NCBI GenBank assembly: GCA_964549165.1
Contig: CAZJUH010000001.1
Coordinates: forward strand, 863-64,862
Reading direction: 5' to 3'
Source: an uncultured Gammaproteobacteria bacterium
Lineage (GTDB): Bacteria; Patescibacteriota; Microgenomatia; UBA12405
Length of the DNA: 64,000 nt
In this document: in pieces, positions 29,178 to 39,030 of the stretch
Layout: the number at the start of each line of letters is the position of its first letter
How positions within the stretch are numbered: the first letter of the stretch is position 1
Notes under the pieces: model-generated
What the model was told of the DNA's origin: nothing
Database searches by the model: none
What the model saw: only the letters and a program-made list of their open reading frames with translations
Made by a program: the position numbers and the translations under genes

Positions 29178-30296
29178 ATGAAGCTTTCCCTTTTACAAGA
29201 AAACATCTCTCTCGCTCTCAACCATACTTCTCGTTTTGTCGCTTCCAAAATTCAACTTCCTATCTTAAACCATATTCTTTTTTCCACCGACAAAGGTCGT
29301 CTAAAATTATCTGCCACCAATTTAGAGCTTGGTATTAATTACTGGCTCGGAGCCAAGATTGAGGATGAGGGTTCTTTTTGCCTTCCCGCCAAAGAAATCA
29401 CGGAATTTGTTTCTTATTTACCTACTGGTCGTCTTGATCTTTTCTTAAAAAACAACAATATTCTGACTCTATCTTCAAATAAAACCGAATCAAACTTTGC
29501 CTGTCTACCTCCGGCTGATTTTCCCGAAATTCCCTCTCTTGATCCCAAAACTGCCTTTGAAATTGATTTACCAATATTGACTGAGGCGATTAATCAAATC
29601 GCTTTTGCTGCTGCTTCCGATGATTCCCGTCCTATTTTGACCGCCATTCTTTGTACTTTTTCTTCAAGTGAACTTAGTTTAGTGGCCACCGATGGCTTTA
29701 GATTATCTTTAAAAAATATAAAATTAACGAGTCCTCTCGATCTTTCAACTGGGACCAAAACTCTTTTAATTCCCGCCAAAAGTTTGCTTGAAATCGTCAA
29801 ACTGGCTAAAAATGCTAAAAAAATCAAAATAGGACTCACAAAAGATTCCAATCAGGTAGTTTTCGTCTTAGAGGATTTGGAGCTTGTTTCCCGGCTTATC
29901 GAGGGTGATTATCCTGACTATCATCGAATTATCCCAAAGGAAGCAATAACTAAAATTTATCTAAATCGCGACGAACTCGTTCAGGCCATCAAGCAAAGCT
30001 CTGTTTTTGCTCGTCAATCTGCCAATGTTGTTAAATTAAGTCTTAAAGCCTCTTCAATTGAGCTTTCTGCCAATGCTCCTCAAATTGGTCAAAATAAAGT
30101 TAGTGTTGATGCCCGTATCGAAGGAGAATCCCTAGAAATTGCCTTTAACTACAAATTTATCTCTGATTTTTTGACTATTTGTCAAGGCGAGGAAATTATT
30201 ATTGAGTTAAACGAAGCTCTTTCTCCTGGTCTTTTCCGTGATCAGTCTGACCCCGCCCTCACTCATATTATTATGCCTGTTAGGATTCAAGATTAG
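29178..30296 (+). CDS. dnaN: DNA polymerase III beta sliding clamp
   Basis: ATNLE, SRPILT, VATDGFRL, SRLIEGDYPDY, HIIMPVR. Confidence 0.97.
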   Translation: MKLSLLQENISLALNHTSRFVASKIQLPILNHILFSTDKGRLKLSATNLELGINYWLGAKIEDEGSFCLPAKEITEFVSYLPTGRLDLFLKNNNILTLSSNKTESNFACLPPADFPEIPSLDPKTAFEIDLPILTEAINQIAFAAASDDSRPILTAILCTFSSSELSLVATDGFRLSLKNIKLTSPLDLSTGTKTLLIPAKSLLEIVKLAKNAKKIKIGLTKDSNQVVFVLEDLELVSRLIEGDYPDYHRIIPKEAITKIYLNRDELVQAIKQSSVFARQSANVVKLSLKASSIELSANAPQIGQNKVSVDARIEGESLEIAFNYKFISDFLTICQGEEIIIELNEALSPGLFRDQSDPALTHIIMPVRIQD

Positions 30297-30297
30297 C

Positions 30298-30361
30298 CAT
30301 ATTATTATGTTTACCAAGCCGAAGCTTTAGCGCAGGCTGGCCTGTTAGGATTCAAGATTAG
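30298..30361 (+). pseudogene. Duplicated dnaN 3' end interrupted by a 31-nt hairpin element
   Basis: catattattatg (30298) + insert 30310-30340 + cctgttaggattcaagattag (30341) repeats 30264-30296. Confidence 0.85.
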
Positions 30362-30398
30362 TTTTTTTAGGTTTTAGAATTTAGATTTTTTCTGTTTT

Positions 30399-30758
30399 TT
30401 ATTCTTCTTCAAATATCAGCCTTTGACTTTCTGTCGCGATCTTATTTTCTCTCATCCAGTTGTATATTTCTTGTTTAATTATTTTCTCATCCACCTTTTC
30501 ACTTTTCTTAATCAAAAGAGTATTTGGCTCTGTGTAGCGCTCTACAACATAGCCAACTCCCTTATAAGGTAACTTTTCCCATAATGGATACTCAACACTG
30601 ATTTGAGAGGAAATAGTTGGGCTTGGAGAGATAATTTGGAGCACTTCCTTTTGTTCCCACTTTACATTTCTATATTTAAATTTTACTATCCCCATTGCTG
30701 TCGCAATCACCAGCAGTATGATTATTAATCGGTATTTATATATATCTTTAAAATTCAT
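30399..30758 (-). CDS. Membrane-anchored hypothetical protein
   Basis: N-terminal TM, SPSPT linker, YPL..KLPY motif; last gene of VirB4 operon. Confidence 0.6.
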   Translation of the reverse strand: MNFKDIYKYRLIIILLVIATAMGIVKFKYRNVKWEQKEVLQIISPSPTISSQISVEYPLWEKLPYKGVGYVVERYTEPNTLLIKKSEKVDEKIIKQEIYNWMRENKIATESQRLIFEEE

Positions 30759-31681
30759 TTATCTGCTTTTAATAATACTGGAATATTAATCGGTTTATTT
30801 TCTTTTGGAGAAAAAGTATTCCCTTCGAGTATAAAATAAGGCTCGACACTTTCTCTTTTGTTATCGTAAATTTGTACTAGTTGTATTTGATTTGCATTTA
30901 CCTTACCAATTTCATCATAAAGATCATTAACCCCCGCCCTGTAATTATTTATCGGACTTTTTATTGCCTCATCTAGTGTCATTATTTGCCAGTAATCATC
31001 AGTTGTTTTAATTTCTGGTTTTAAATAAATCATTATTTTAACTAAATTTTCCTGACCATCAAAATAAGCCTTTATCGCTTCGCCATGAAAAGTAGTCAAT
31101 CTCATTCCGTCAACCAAATAATCGCCACTAATTTCCAAAAACTGAGCCTCGTTTTGAGTTGTTTCAATCAAATATGGCTGATTGTATTTTCTGTAGCTGT
31201 TGTTTGTCCATTCGACTTCCAAAGCTGTTTCTTTATTTAAATCACTGGCAATTTTTCGCAGCTTGTTTTTTAATTCACCAATTTCCCATTTTGTCGTCAC
31301 GGGCACCTTATCAAGATTGCTTGGCATATTTGTATACTGAATATAGTTTAGCTCTTTTACTACATAGCCATTTTGCTTGTTAATGCCAAAATATTTTATT
31401 ATTTCTCCTTCTATTTTTTCATCAATAATCTTTCTTTTTATGGTTATTTTTTTAAATTCTTCCGGATAATTTTGCTTTATATCTGAATTCCAATTTACTG
31501 CCCCAATTTTTTTTAAGGTTTCAGGAAAAGTCGTCTGCTTATTATCTACCCCCAAAGTTGGAGCTATTCCGGGCACTATCGGTGTCTTGGTTGGTTCTTT
31601 TTTGTCTTTAGGCCATATCAACCAAATAAACAATCCTAAAAATATTATTCCTAATATTATTAATTTATTTTTTTTAATCAT
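30755..31681 (-). CDS. Membrane-anchored hypothetical protein
   Basis: N-terminal TM, Pro/Thr linker; overlaps next gene by 4 nt. Confidence 0.6.
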   Translation of the reverse strand: MIKKNKLIILGIIFLGLFIWLIWPKDKKEPTKTPIVPGIAPTLGVDNKQTTFPETLKKIGAVNWNSDIKQNYPEEFKKITIKRKIIDEKIEGEIIKYFGINKQNGYVVKELNYIQYTNMPSNLDKVPVTTKWEIGELKNKLRKIASDLNKETALEVEWTNNSYRKYNQPYLIETTQNEAQFLEISGDYLVDGMRLTTFHGEAIKAYFDGQENLVKIMIYLKPEIKTTDDYWQIMTLDEAIKSPINNYRAGVNDLYDEIGKVNANQIQLVQIYDNKRESVEPYFILEGNTFSPKENKPINIPVLLKADK

Positions 31682-31694
31682 ATTTTATTTTAGC

Positions 31695-34600
31695 CTATCG
31701 ACATAGGCTATTGAATTCGTCCTGACTAATTCCAAAATAAGGACCTGCAATATCCCAGTCTATGTTTGCTCCTACCACTTCATAATGTAAATGATTTCCG
31801 CTTGAATACCCAGTATTGTCAACGATTCCAATTTGCTGACCGGCTTGTACTACTTCTCCGTCACCAACTCTGTATCCTCCAGCCGGCATGTGGGCATAGC
31901 GGATAAAAAAATCGTCCCCACCATAACTACTGTGAATGTCGATATAAAATCCATATCCATTTCCTTCACCAAGTCTGGCAATACCAGAAAAAGTTGAGAA
32001 AATTGGTGTGCCAAAATCTGCTCCCCAGTCCATTGCCCAAATTCCATTATGAGAATAAGAACCAAAAGGACACTGTGTTCTGGTGCCGGCAACGGGCGCC
32101 CCGCCGGGATTCATTGTTGATGGTCCACCACCTCCACTTGTACTACAAAGATAGGTTTGACCATCGTCTCCTATAATTTCCTTTGTTGGTCCGGTCAGTG
32201 AAAAAGGCGCCCCTGCCTGTTCACAGTTTTGCCCACCCTTTTCCACATAAATATCCTTTGGTAGGGGTACACCCGCAATCCACGTCCAGGTTTCTTTCAT
32301 TCCGTCATTGGGATTATTCAAATATTTTCTTCCAGTATTTCCGCTTTGTGTCTGTCCGGCGTCTGGATCACATTGTCCCGTTAAAAAATTAGTGGCCCAG
32401 GCCAGCCAGTAATCGCCTCCAATTTTTGGTTCATTAATACACGCTGACGCCGGATCCAGTCTTAAAAACACTTTAATTTGAGCATCAAAATTATTTTCAA
32501 TTGAACTATCGTTAATTCCAAAATCCTGAACCTTTCCATTATCATAATTACTTCCGGCGGTCTCATGCATCCAAACCCAAAGAGCGTACAGAGGATTAAT
32601 TCCGGCACAAAGAGACCTGTTGACTACGTCGTTATAACATTCCTCAACATGACTTTTACCAGCCTGCCAATCTTTTACAACCCTAAAATAATTACTCTTA
32701 CTTATTAAACCCGGCACCTCATTTTCTGGCGCATTCATATCACAGTTAATCTCTCCTTCCGGTAATCCTCCCGGACCACTTCCTCTTTTTAGAATACAAC
32801 CGCTCAAATCTTTTGGAGGAACAATCGATGATACCTGTTGGTGCATTAGCATGTTATACAAAAAACTTCCCGCAAAAAAAACAATAAATATTGGTAATAA
32901 AAAAGATCCAAAATTAACTAATCCCAGCAGTGCTGGTATTCCAACTAAAAAAGTTCCAATATCAAAAACAAACTGAGCCACCCCCCCAACAAACTTTCCC
33001 AGTCCCAAATCTTCGGCAACAAATTTTTTGATTTTGTTTAGACTCGTTCCTAAAATTTTTTCTAAAAATTTTTTAGCCGCATCTATTATAGGTTTAGCTA
33101 CTACTATTACCAAAGCCACAACGGCAATTATTTGTCCCACCACCGGTAGGGCTTGAAAAGCAGCTACTACTCCAGCGAGTGCTCCTCCACTTGCTGCGCC
33201 CCCAGCTGCCGTTACCGCACCTTTACCCGAGATAGATTTTAGAATTAATCCCACCCCTTTTACTGTTCCCTCTTTGGCAATTACTGCGGCTGAGTTTTTA
33301 ACAAAAGCTGCTGTTGCTTGACCTCCGATTTTTTCGATTATTTTTAAACCAGCTTTTTGGACTCCTATTTTTGACAATACATTTCCCGGAAAAACACTTA
33401 TCTTTTGCCAAACACCAACCATTTTTTGAGTTCCGTTCATTAATTTCAACATTTCCGGACTATTTTTAAAAATAGTTGCCATTTTTTCCGTCACTCTAAT
33501 TTCTTTTAATTTTGGCAATTTATCACTCCCTATCTTTTCTCGCAGTCTGTTGTATTTTTGAATTAGATTATTAAACTTTTTCGGTGCCATTACCACGTTA
33601 CTAGCCATAAATCTGGCCTCATCTATCGATCTTTCTATTTCTCCGTCACTTTTATTTTGGTTTTCGTTTTTAACAAAATTATATGTATCGCTCCTATTTT
33701 CCTCAGCCATGGCACTAGCTGGATCATTTATAAAGGCATTAACCACCGTGACATATTCTTTAATTAATTTTTCATTTTTTACTCCACTTTTCCTTAACTC
33801 TTCGCCTATTTCCTTTCCAAGTTCCAGTCTTCGGTAGTTTACAATTGCTTTTATATTTTCGTTTTTATAATTATCGGTTGCTTTTTCTGCTTCGGCAACT
33901 ATTACCCGGGCCTCTTTCATGTTAGACAGATCTTCGGGTACCCGAAGACGATCTCCTTCTTTCCAGGCGATTAATATTTCGTTTTTAATTTTTTCTTTAA
34001 TTTCATTATTAATTGGCAACTTTTCTTCAACCAGTTTTTCGTAGGTAGCTTTAGCAACTTCTTCGGCCCTTTCTTTTACTTTAATTTCTGCTCTAATCTC
34101 TTCAACTTTTTGAATTAAATCATCAACCTTTTCCGAATCTTTAATTCTTTTTTTTAGTTCTTTTTTTAATTCTTTTGTTTTATAATCTTGATCATTTTTA
34201 AGACTATTCTCTTCGAAAATTTCAAACAATCTTTCTTTCTCCTTTTGTTCATCCGAGGTTAAAACTTCAACGATTTTCTCTTTTTTAATTTCTTCCACCT
34301 TGTCAATTCGTGTCCGTCCATCTTCTTCAGCCAGTCTATTCATTGCCAGGTCTTCAACTATCTTTGTTTTGGTTTTAAAATTGAGCCTATTGAGTTTATT
34401 GGCATTTCTTAAAGCAATTTCCTTTTGAACCTCAATAAATCGCTTAACATCTTTTTGACCCGTTCTTTGATAAATTTCTTTTTCTATTTTTTCTCTTTCG
34501 TTATTACTTTTAGCTTTTTCATAATCTTCAAGTAGTTCTTTCAAATCCTGCTTGTTCAAAGATTTTGTTTCTAGTTTTTTTTCTCCAATTTCTAGCTCTT

Positions 34601-34811
34601 CTATTTTTAGTTCTTTTATTTCTGGCGGCAAATCCCTTAGGGTTTTAATTGTTTTTTTTAGATTTCCCGGATCAAAGTTACTTAATATCTTAAGTTTTTC
34701 AAAGACACCTCGACAAGACCAAAACAGGTCATGTTCATCGTTTAATTTTTTTTTGCCAAGCCCTTCAAGTGACACAATTAATTCCGTAATATTATTGGGC
34801 GATTGACTCAT
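31695..34811 (-). CDS. Coiled-coil/TM protein with putative lysozyme-like domain and C-terminal M23 peptidase
   Basis: H...AMD, RYAHM, GNHLHYEV M23 motifs; GINPLYALWVWMHET resembles lytic-transglycosylase helix with Glu. Confidence 0.75.
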   Translation of the reverse strand: MSQSPNNITELIVSLEGLGKKKLNDEHDLFWSCRGVFEKLKILSNFDPGNLKKTIKTLRDLPPEIKELKIEELEIGEKKLETKSLNKQDLKELLEDYEKAKSNNEREKIEKEIYQRTGQKDVKRFIEVQKEIALRNANKLNRLNFKTKTKIVEDLAMNRLAEEDGRTRIDKVEEIKKEKIVEVLTSDEQKEKERLFEIFEENSLKNDQDYKTKELKKELKKRIKDSEKVDDLIQKVEEIRAEIKVKERAEEVAKATYEKLVEEKLPINNEIKEKIKNEILIAWKEGDRLRVPEDLSNMKEARVIVAEAEKATDNYKNENIKAIVNYRRLELGKEIGEELRKSGVKNEKLIKEYVTVVNAFINDPASAMAEENRSDTYNFVKNENQNKSDGEIERSIDEARFMASNVVMAPKKFNNLIQKYNRLREKIGSDKLPKLKEIRVTEKMATIFKNSPEMLKLMNGTQKMVGVWQKISVFPGNVLSKIGVQKAGLKIIEKIGGQATAAFVKNSAAVIAKEGTVKGVGLILKSISGKGAVTAAGGAASGGALAGVVAAFQALPVVGQIIAVVALVIVVAKPIIDAAKKFLEKILGTSLNKIKKFVAEDLGLGKFVGGVAQFVFDIGTFLVGIPALLGLVNFGSFLLPIFIVFFAGSFLYNMLMHQQVSSIVPPKDLSGCILKRGSGPGGLPEGEINCDMNAPENEVPGLISKSNYFRVVKDWQAGKSHVEECYNDVVNRSLCAGINPLYALWVWMHETAGSNYDNGKVQDFGINDSSIENNFDAQIKVFLRLDPASACINEPKIGGDYWLAWATNFLTGQCDPDAGQTQSGNTGRKYLNNPNDGMKETWTWIAGVPLPKDIYVEKGGQNCEQAGAPFSLTGPTKEIIGDDGQTYLCSTSGGGGPSTMNPGGAPVAGTRTQCPFGSYSHNGIWAMDWGADFGTPIFSTFSGIARLGEGNGYGFYIDIHSSYGGDDFFIRYAHMPAGGYRVGDGEVVQAGQQIGIVDNTGYSSGNHLHYEVVGANIDWDIAGPYFGISQDEFNSLCR

Positions 34812-34825
34812 TCAAAAATTATACC

Positions 34826-37288
34826 TTAAGTCGCATCATCGTTTCCAAATAGCTTGTCGTATGTCATCTTTGCCTCATCTTTTTTTGCTTCTGCTGTCTT
34901 TATTTCTTCTTTGGGCTTTAGGCTTTCTTCTATTTTTGTCGTAAATTCTGCCTTTGTTTTTTTGGCGAGCTGTGGTGGTTGTGGAATCACTGGCTCTTTT
35001 TGTTGGTTAATAAACAGGGGTTTTGTCGGTGCTTCGAATTTTGGCAGGGGCGGAAGTGGGGGCGTCGATTTAAATAATTCTTGATATTTGGGTAAAGATC
35101 CACCGGTATTTTTATCCTCTTCGCTATTGTTTTTTTCACTACTTACCTCCTTAAGCTCTTCTTCTGTTTTCTTATTTTCTTCTTCTTCCATTTGGGTGAC
35201 TCTTTTTAGAAGCGCCTCTTCCGGTGATTCCTCCACCTCAGACTTAAAGAGCAATGTTGGCTTCTGTTCCTCCTCTTTAGGCTTTTCCACCAAAGGCGGA
35301 TCAGCCTCTGGCTGAAGATTTTCTTCCGGCTTTACCTCAATTAAAACTTCTTTTACTGGTTCTGTCACCACCGTTTTCTCTTCCTCTTTTTCTTCTTTTT
35401 TTACCAGGCTGGTATCGACGTCAGTCGATATAATAGCCTGGCTTTCTTTCTTCACCAGTGCTGCCTGTTTTTCGGCAATTTTTTGCCGAAGTATCTCTTC
35501 TGGATTTGAAGTAATTAATTTATGTTCTTCTTCTGAGGCGATTACCTGAATTGCCACGTGATTTTGTCCGGCAAAAAATATTCCCTCTCCTTTATCTGCT
35601 GACAAGAGCAGTTGTTTTTCCCCTTCAGATAGGTAAAACGTTTCTCCAATTAGGTCGATAGCGGCACTGTGTTGTTTGAGCAGTATTTGAATTGAGCTGT
35701 TTGTCACTATTTCTTTTCCATAAGGAGTGTTTAAAAAGTCGTCAACATCTTGGGTGATTGTTGTTACTCCGAGATAATATTTTCGACCTCTTTTAATAAT
35801 TCCCCTGAGAAATGCCGCCGAATCATCATATTGCATCAAATACCAAGCCTCATCCACCACCAAAATTCTCTTTTTAAGTTCTTTTTTCACAATTGTCCAA
35901 ATGTAGTCAAGTATTATGTGCATTGCCACTGGTCGTAAACTTTCTTCAAGGTTGCGAATTCCAAAAACCACAAAGCTATTATTTAAGTTTACGGTTGTTT
36001 TTTGATTAAAAATTCCCGCAAAGGAACCCTTAATATATTTTTCCAGTCTTGCCGCCAGGCTTTTCGCCTTTTCTTCTTCGGCTCCAATCAGGGCTTTGTA
36101 TAAGTCTTCAATTAGAGGCGCTTCTCGGGTCTGGGTCTCGGGATCTGGTGATATTCCCTTGGCCTTATAGGCCTCCATAATAGACCTATCTAAAATTGAT
36201 TCCTCGATAGGATCCATGGCCCCGAGCATTATTTTAAACATTTTATGTAAGGTTAGGATTTTGTCATTTAAGGCGTTTTCCCCCTCTTCTGTTACCAGCG
36301 ACAAATCAAAAGGATTGATTTTTGAAGCTTCTCCATAGCCAAAGGCAATATATTGGCCTCCCACCGATTCGGCTAGACTCTTATATTCATTCTCTGGGTC
36401 AATAACAATAATGTCGGTTCCGAGCATTAGTGACCTCATTGCTTCGAGTTTGATCATATATGATTTACCGGCACCGGCCGAGGCAAAAACCACCGAGTTG
36501 TAGTTTAGCATCGAAAATCTATCAAAAATTACGAGAGATCCGTTATGTTCATTGATTCCAAACATAATTCCCTTATCATCTGATAGGTCCGACGATACAA
36601 AAGGAAAAGTACTGGCGAGGGAGGTTGTATCCATATTTCTGGTAATGTTTAGTCTATCGGAACATATCGGTAAAGTCGTTATAAAACCCTCCTCCATTTG
36701 TAGACTGGCTTTTTTGGAAATAATCATCAGCGCTCCTAGTCCCGATTCCAAGTTTTTGGTTGAAGTATCAAGTTCTTCTTTGGTTTTTGCCGACAAGGTC
36801 AGATATAGGCCAAACTGGAAAAATCTTTCTTCTCCCTTGACAAGGTCTGCTTGCAAGGTCAGGGCATCTTCAAGTTTTGCCTGAGTTGCGGGGTTTACTA
36901 TTTTACCTCTTTGGATATCGGTACTTAGCTCTGCCTCCATTTCGGCAATTTTTCGCCTTAGATCATCAAGAATTTCTTTCCCGTCGGTTGGATAAATAAA
37001 CATCGAAATTTTTAATGACGCATCAAAATTAATTAATGTTGATAACCAATTAAGTCCCACAAATCTTGGATATCCAGCCACAAAACAGGTTCGGTAATAT
37101 TTGTTATCAATTCTGATGTGGTTAAAATCAACTTCAATTGCCGAGGGGGCAATAATGTCTTTAATTGATACCAGTCCCTCCACAAATTGCTTCGCCTCGC
37201 CAACAGTGGGCTTTGCCTCAATCGTAGGGCTGGAAACCGACTTGTCGGTTTTAATAGCCCTATTTTTTATTAAATCTAATATTTTCAT
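34826..37288 (-). CDS. virB4: VirB4/TraC-like secretion ATPase with long acidic C-terminal tail
   Basis: ASAGAGKS Walker A, IDPENEY, INPFD, VVDEAW, GRKY, ITQDVDDF. Confidence 0.88.
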   Translation of the reverse strand: MKILDLIKNRAIKTDKSVSSPTIEAKPTVGEAKQFVEGLVSIKDIIAPSAIEVDFNHIRIDNKYYRTCFVAGYPRFVGLNWLSTLINFDASLKISMFIYPTDGKEILDDLRRKIAEMEAELSTDIQRGKIVNPATQAKLEDALTLQADLVKGEERFFQFGLYLTLSAKTKEELDTSTKNLESGLGALMIISKKASLQMEEGFITTLPICSDRLNITRNMDTTSLASTFPFVSSDLSDDKGIMFGINEHNGSLVIFDRFSMLNYNSVVFASAGAGKSYMIKLEAMRSLMLGTDIIVIDPENEYKSLAESVGGQYIAFGYGEASKINPFDLSLVTEEGENALNDKILTLHKMFKIMLGAMDPIEESILDRSIMEAYKAKGISPDPETQTREAPLIEDLYKALIGAEEEKAKSLAARLEKYIKGSFAGIFNQKTTVNLNNSFVVFGIRNLEESLRPVAMHIILDYIWTIVKKELKKRILVVDEAWYLMQYDDSAAFLRGIIKRGRKYYLGVTTITQDVDDFLNTPYGKEIVTNSSIQILLKQHSAAIDLIGETFYLSEGEKQLLLSADKGEGIFFAGQNHVAIQVIASEEEHKLITSNPEEILRQKIAEKQAALVKKESQAIISTDVDTSLVKKEEKEEEKTVVTEPVKEVLIEVKPEENLQPEADPPLVEKPKEEEQKPTLLFKSEVEESPEEALLKRVTQMEEEENKKTEEELKEVSSEKNNSEEDKNTGGSLPKYQELFKSTPPLPPLPKFEAPTKPLFINQQKEPVIPQPPQLAKKTKAEFTTKIEESLKPKEEIKTAEAKKDEAKMTYDKLFGNDDAT
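35271..35322. repeat. Double-hairpin element family A, in frame in virB4 tail
   Basis: NLQPEADPPLVEKPKE; near-identical to 21611-21662. Confidence 0.9.
35401..35446. repeat. Hairpin element family G, in frame in virB4 tail
   Basis: ccaggct..tatcgac-gtca-gtcgata..agcctgg; ESQAIISTDVDTSLV. Confidence 0.85.
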
Positions 37289-37338
37289 TTTATTTTTTAA
37301 TTTATTTAGGTTTTAGACTTTAGATTTTAGTCTTTTTT

Positions 37339-38040
37339 TTACTGTTTCCTCGTTACCGCTGCGGCGGTGTAATCAATGTTTTGTAATCTTTGGTTGTTAG
37401 CGAGATCTTCATTGTAAGTTCTGTAAAATAAATCAATTAATTCTTTGGTATTTAAGGCTTTAATTTCCAGTCCCAGTCTCGAAAAAAGTCTGACGATATG
37501 ATCTTCTTTTGGTTTAAGGGCCGCCTTAGCCTTTTCTAAAATATATTCTTTTGAGTATGGCAGTTCTGCCTTCTTTTTAATTGGATTTAACACCGCAAAA
37601 GCTTGTTTTTGGGCATTTTTTATTCCGAGTTCAAGGCTGGAAAAAGGAACCACCACATAAAAGGTTTTCGACAAAACATCATTTCTTTTTACCGTTTCTT
37701 CCACGAACTTTTTGTATGAAGTAATCCTGTCCTTTAATTTTTGATTTACTTGTTTATTTTTTGCCTCTTCCAAATTGTTTAAGTAATTTCCTACGTCTTT
37801 GGTGGTTGAATTAATGACAATTTGAATCGTAAAATTTAACGAATTTAAAATCCCTCCATAGGCAAAGACTAGAGCTCCCTGTTCTCTTTCTGATAATAAA
37901 TCAAAATTTACTGAGGAGACCTGAAGTACCATTGAGGCTGAGCCGTCTTTTAGAAGCACTATTCCATCAACGATATCTTCAATTGGCAAATTGTCTTGAG
38001 TGCTTCCTTTTATGGCATTTTTTAGAGGATCATTTGACAT
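37339..38040 (-). CDS. VirB4-associated conserved protein (TraC N-terminal-like)
   Basis: STQD.LPI..I.DGIV.LKDG, SVNFDLLSEREQ, FYVVVP; typical position between prgI and virB4. Confidence 0.7.
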   Translation of the reverse strand: MSNDPLKNAIKGSTQDNLPIEDIVDGIVLLKDGSASMVLQVSSVNFDLLSEREQGALVFAYGGILNSLNFTIQIVINSTTKDVGNYLNNLEEAKNKQVNQKLKDRITSYKKFVEETVKRNDVLSKTFYVVVPFSSLELGIKNAQKQAFAVLNPIKKKAELPYSKEYILEKAKAALKPKEDHIVRLFSRLGLEIKALNTKELIDLFYRTYNEDLANNQRLQNIDYTAAAVTRKQ

Positions 38041-38067
38041 GCTATTTAATAATAACCTATTTGTCTA

Positions 38068-38982
38068 TTATTTGGCGAGAATTTTTATTGGTTCAATAAT
38101 TTTTCCGGTTAGGTTTATTTCTACCCGGTCAAATTCTAAATTTTCTTTTTCTGTCACTACCAAATATTTCCCATTACTAAGTTGAGTCAAAGTTTTAAAC
38201 TGTCCCAGCTTGTTTGTTTTCAGCACTCGGCTCGGATTGCCATCTTTATCTTGAATTTCAATAATCGCCCCCTCTACTATTTTGTGATTTAGATCGAGAA
38301 CCATTCCTACTACCAGATTGGGCAAATCAGGAATATCTGGCATGGGAATTTCTCCAAATACCACTGTTCCCGTTGCCCCCAGTTTTTCTGTTTTTAATCC
38401 CAAATTAGCCGCCTTCGCCTCTTCCTTTGCCAGGCTGGTATCGACGTCAATCGGTTTTGTACCCTGGTTTACCAGGCTGGTGTCAACTCCTGTTGACATA
38501 ATAGCCTGGCTTTCTTCTTTTACCAGGCCGGTATCGACGTCAGTCGATTTAATAGCCTGGCTCTCTCTCCCGATTGACGGTAAAGAGTTTATAAACTCTT
38601 TGACTTTTTTGTCCTCTTTAATTGGCACCACCATCTCTTCTTCCTCGTCACTTTTTAATTGTTTGCTCAAATCAATTTCCAGCCAGTTTTCCGGACTTTC
38701 TTTTTTATAAGTAAAAATTGTCGGTGAATAAATTGATTTAATAAAAGCCATCAGCCAGGTTTCTAGTGGTCGATCTTGAAAGGGGACAAAGGCGAGGGCG
38801 AGACCTCCAGCCGCAAAGATAAAAATTAACGGCCATTTAATAAAAAAAACGAGCTTACTTGAATTAATTAACAGGGCAATAATCACTCCCCCGGCTGCTT
38901 TCCCAAATTGTTTTAGGGTCATATCTCCCACGAGTTTAAATTCGTAGGAGGTTATTTGTTGTGGAATCGGGTGTTGTTCCAT
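38068..38982 (-). CDS. PrgI-family protein with C-terminal carboxypeptidase-regulatory-like domain
   Basis: MEQHPIPQQITSYEFKLVGDMTLKQF, two TMs, DRPLETW. Confidence 0.8.
   Translation of the reverse strand: MEQHPIPQQITSYEFKLVGDMTLKQFGKAAGGVIIALLINSSKLVFFIKWPLIFIFAAGGLALAFVPFQDRPLETWLMAFIKSIYSPTIFTYKKESPENWLEIDLSKQLKSDEEEEMVVPIKEDKKVKEFINSLPSIGRESQAIKSTDVDTGLVKEESQAIMSTGVDTSLVNQGTKPIDVDTSLAKEEAKAANLGLKTEKLGATGTVVFGEIPMPDIPDLPNLVVGMVLDLNHKIVEGAIIEIQDKDGNPSRVLKTNKLGQFKTLTQLSNGKYLVVTEKENLEFDRVEINLTGKIIEPIKILAK
38430..38565. repeat. Three tandem family G elements, in frame in prgI
   Basis: ESQAIKSTDVDTGLV, ESQAIMSTGVDTSLV, PIDVDTSLA. Confidence 0.85.
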
Positions 38983-39030
38983 TACTAAATTCTACCTTAA
39001 AAACTCTTCCAATTCTTTAATTATTATCGA

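Noticed and set aside
38430-38565. Three palindromic repeats as a possible mini-CRISPR
   Set aside because: Units abut with almost no spacer, are diverged and encode a repeated peptide
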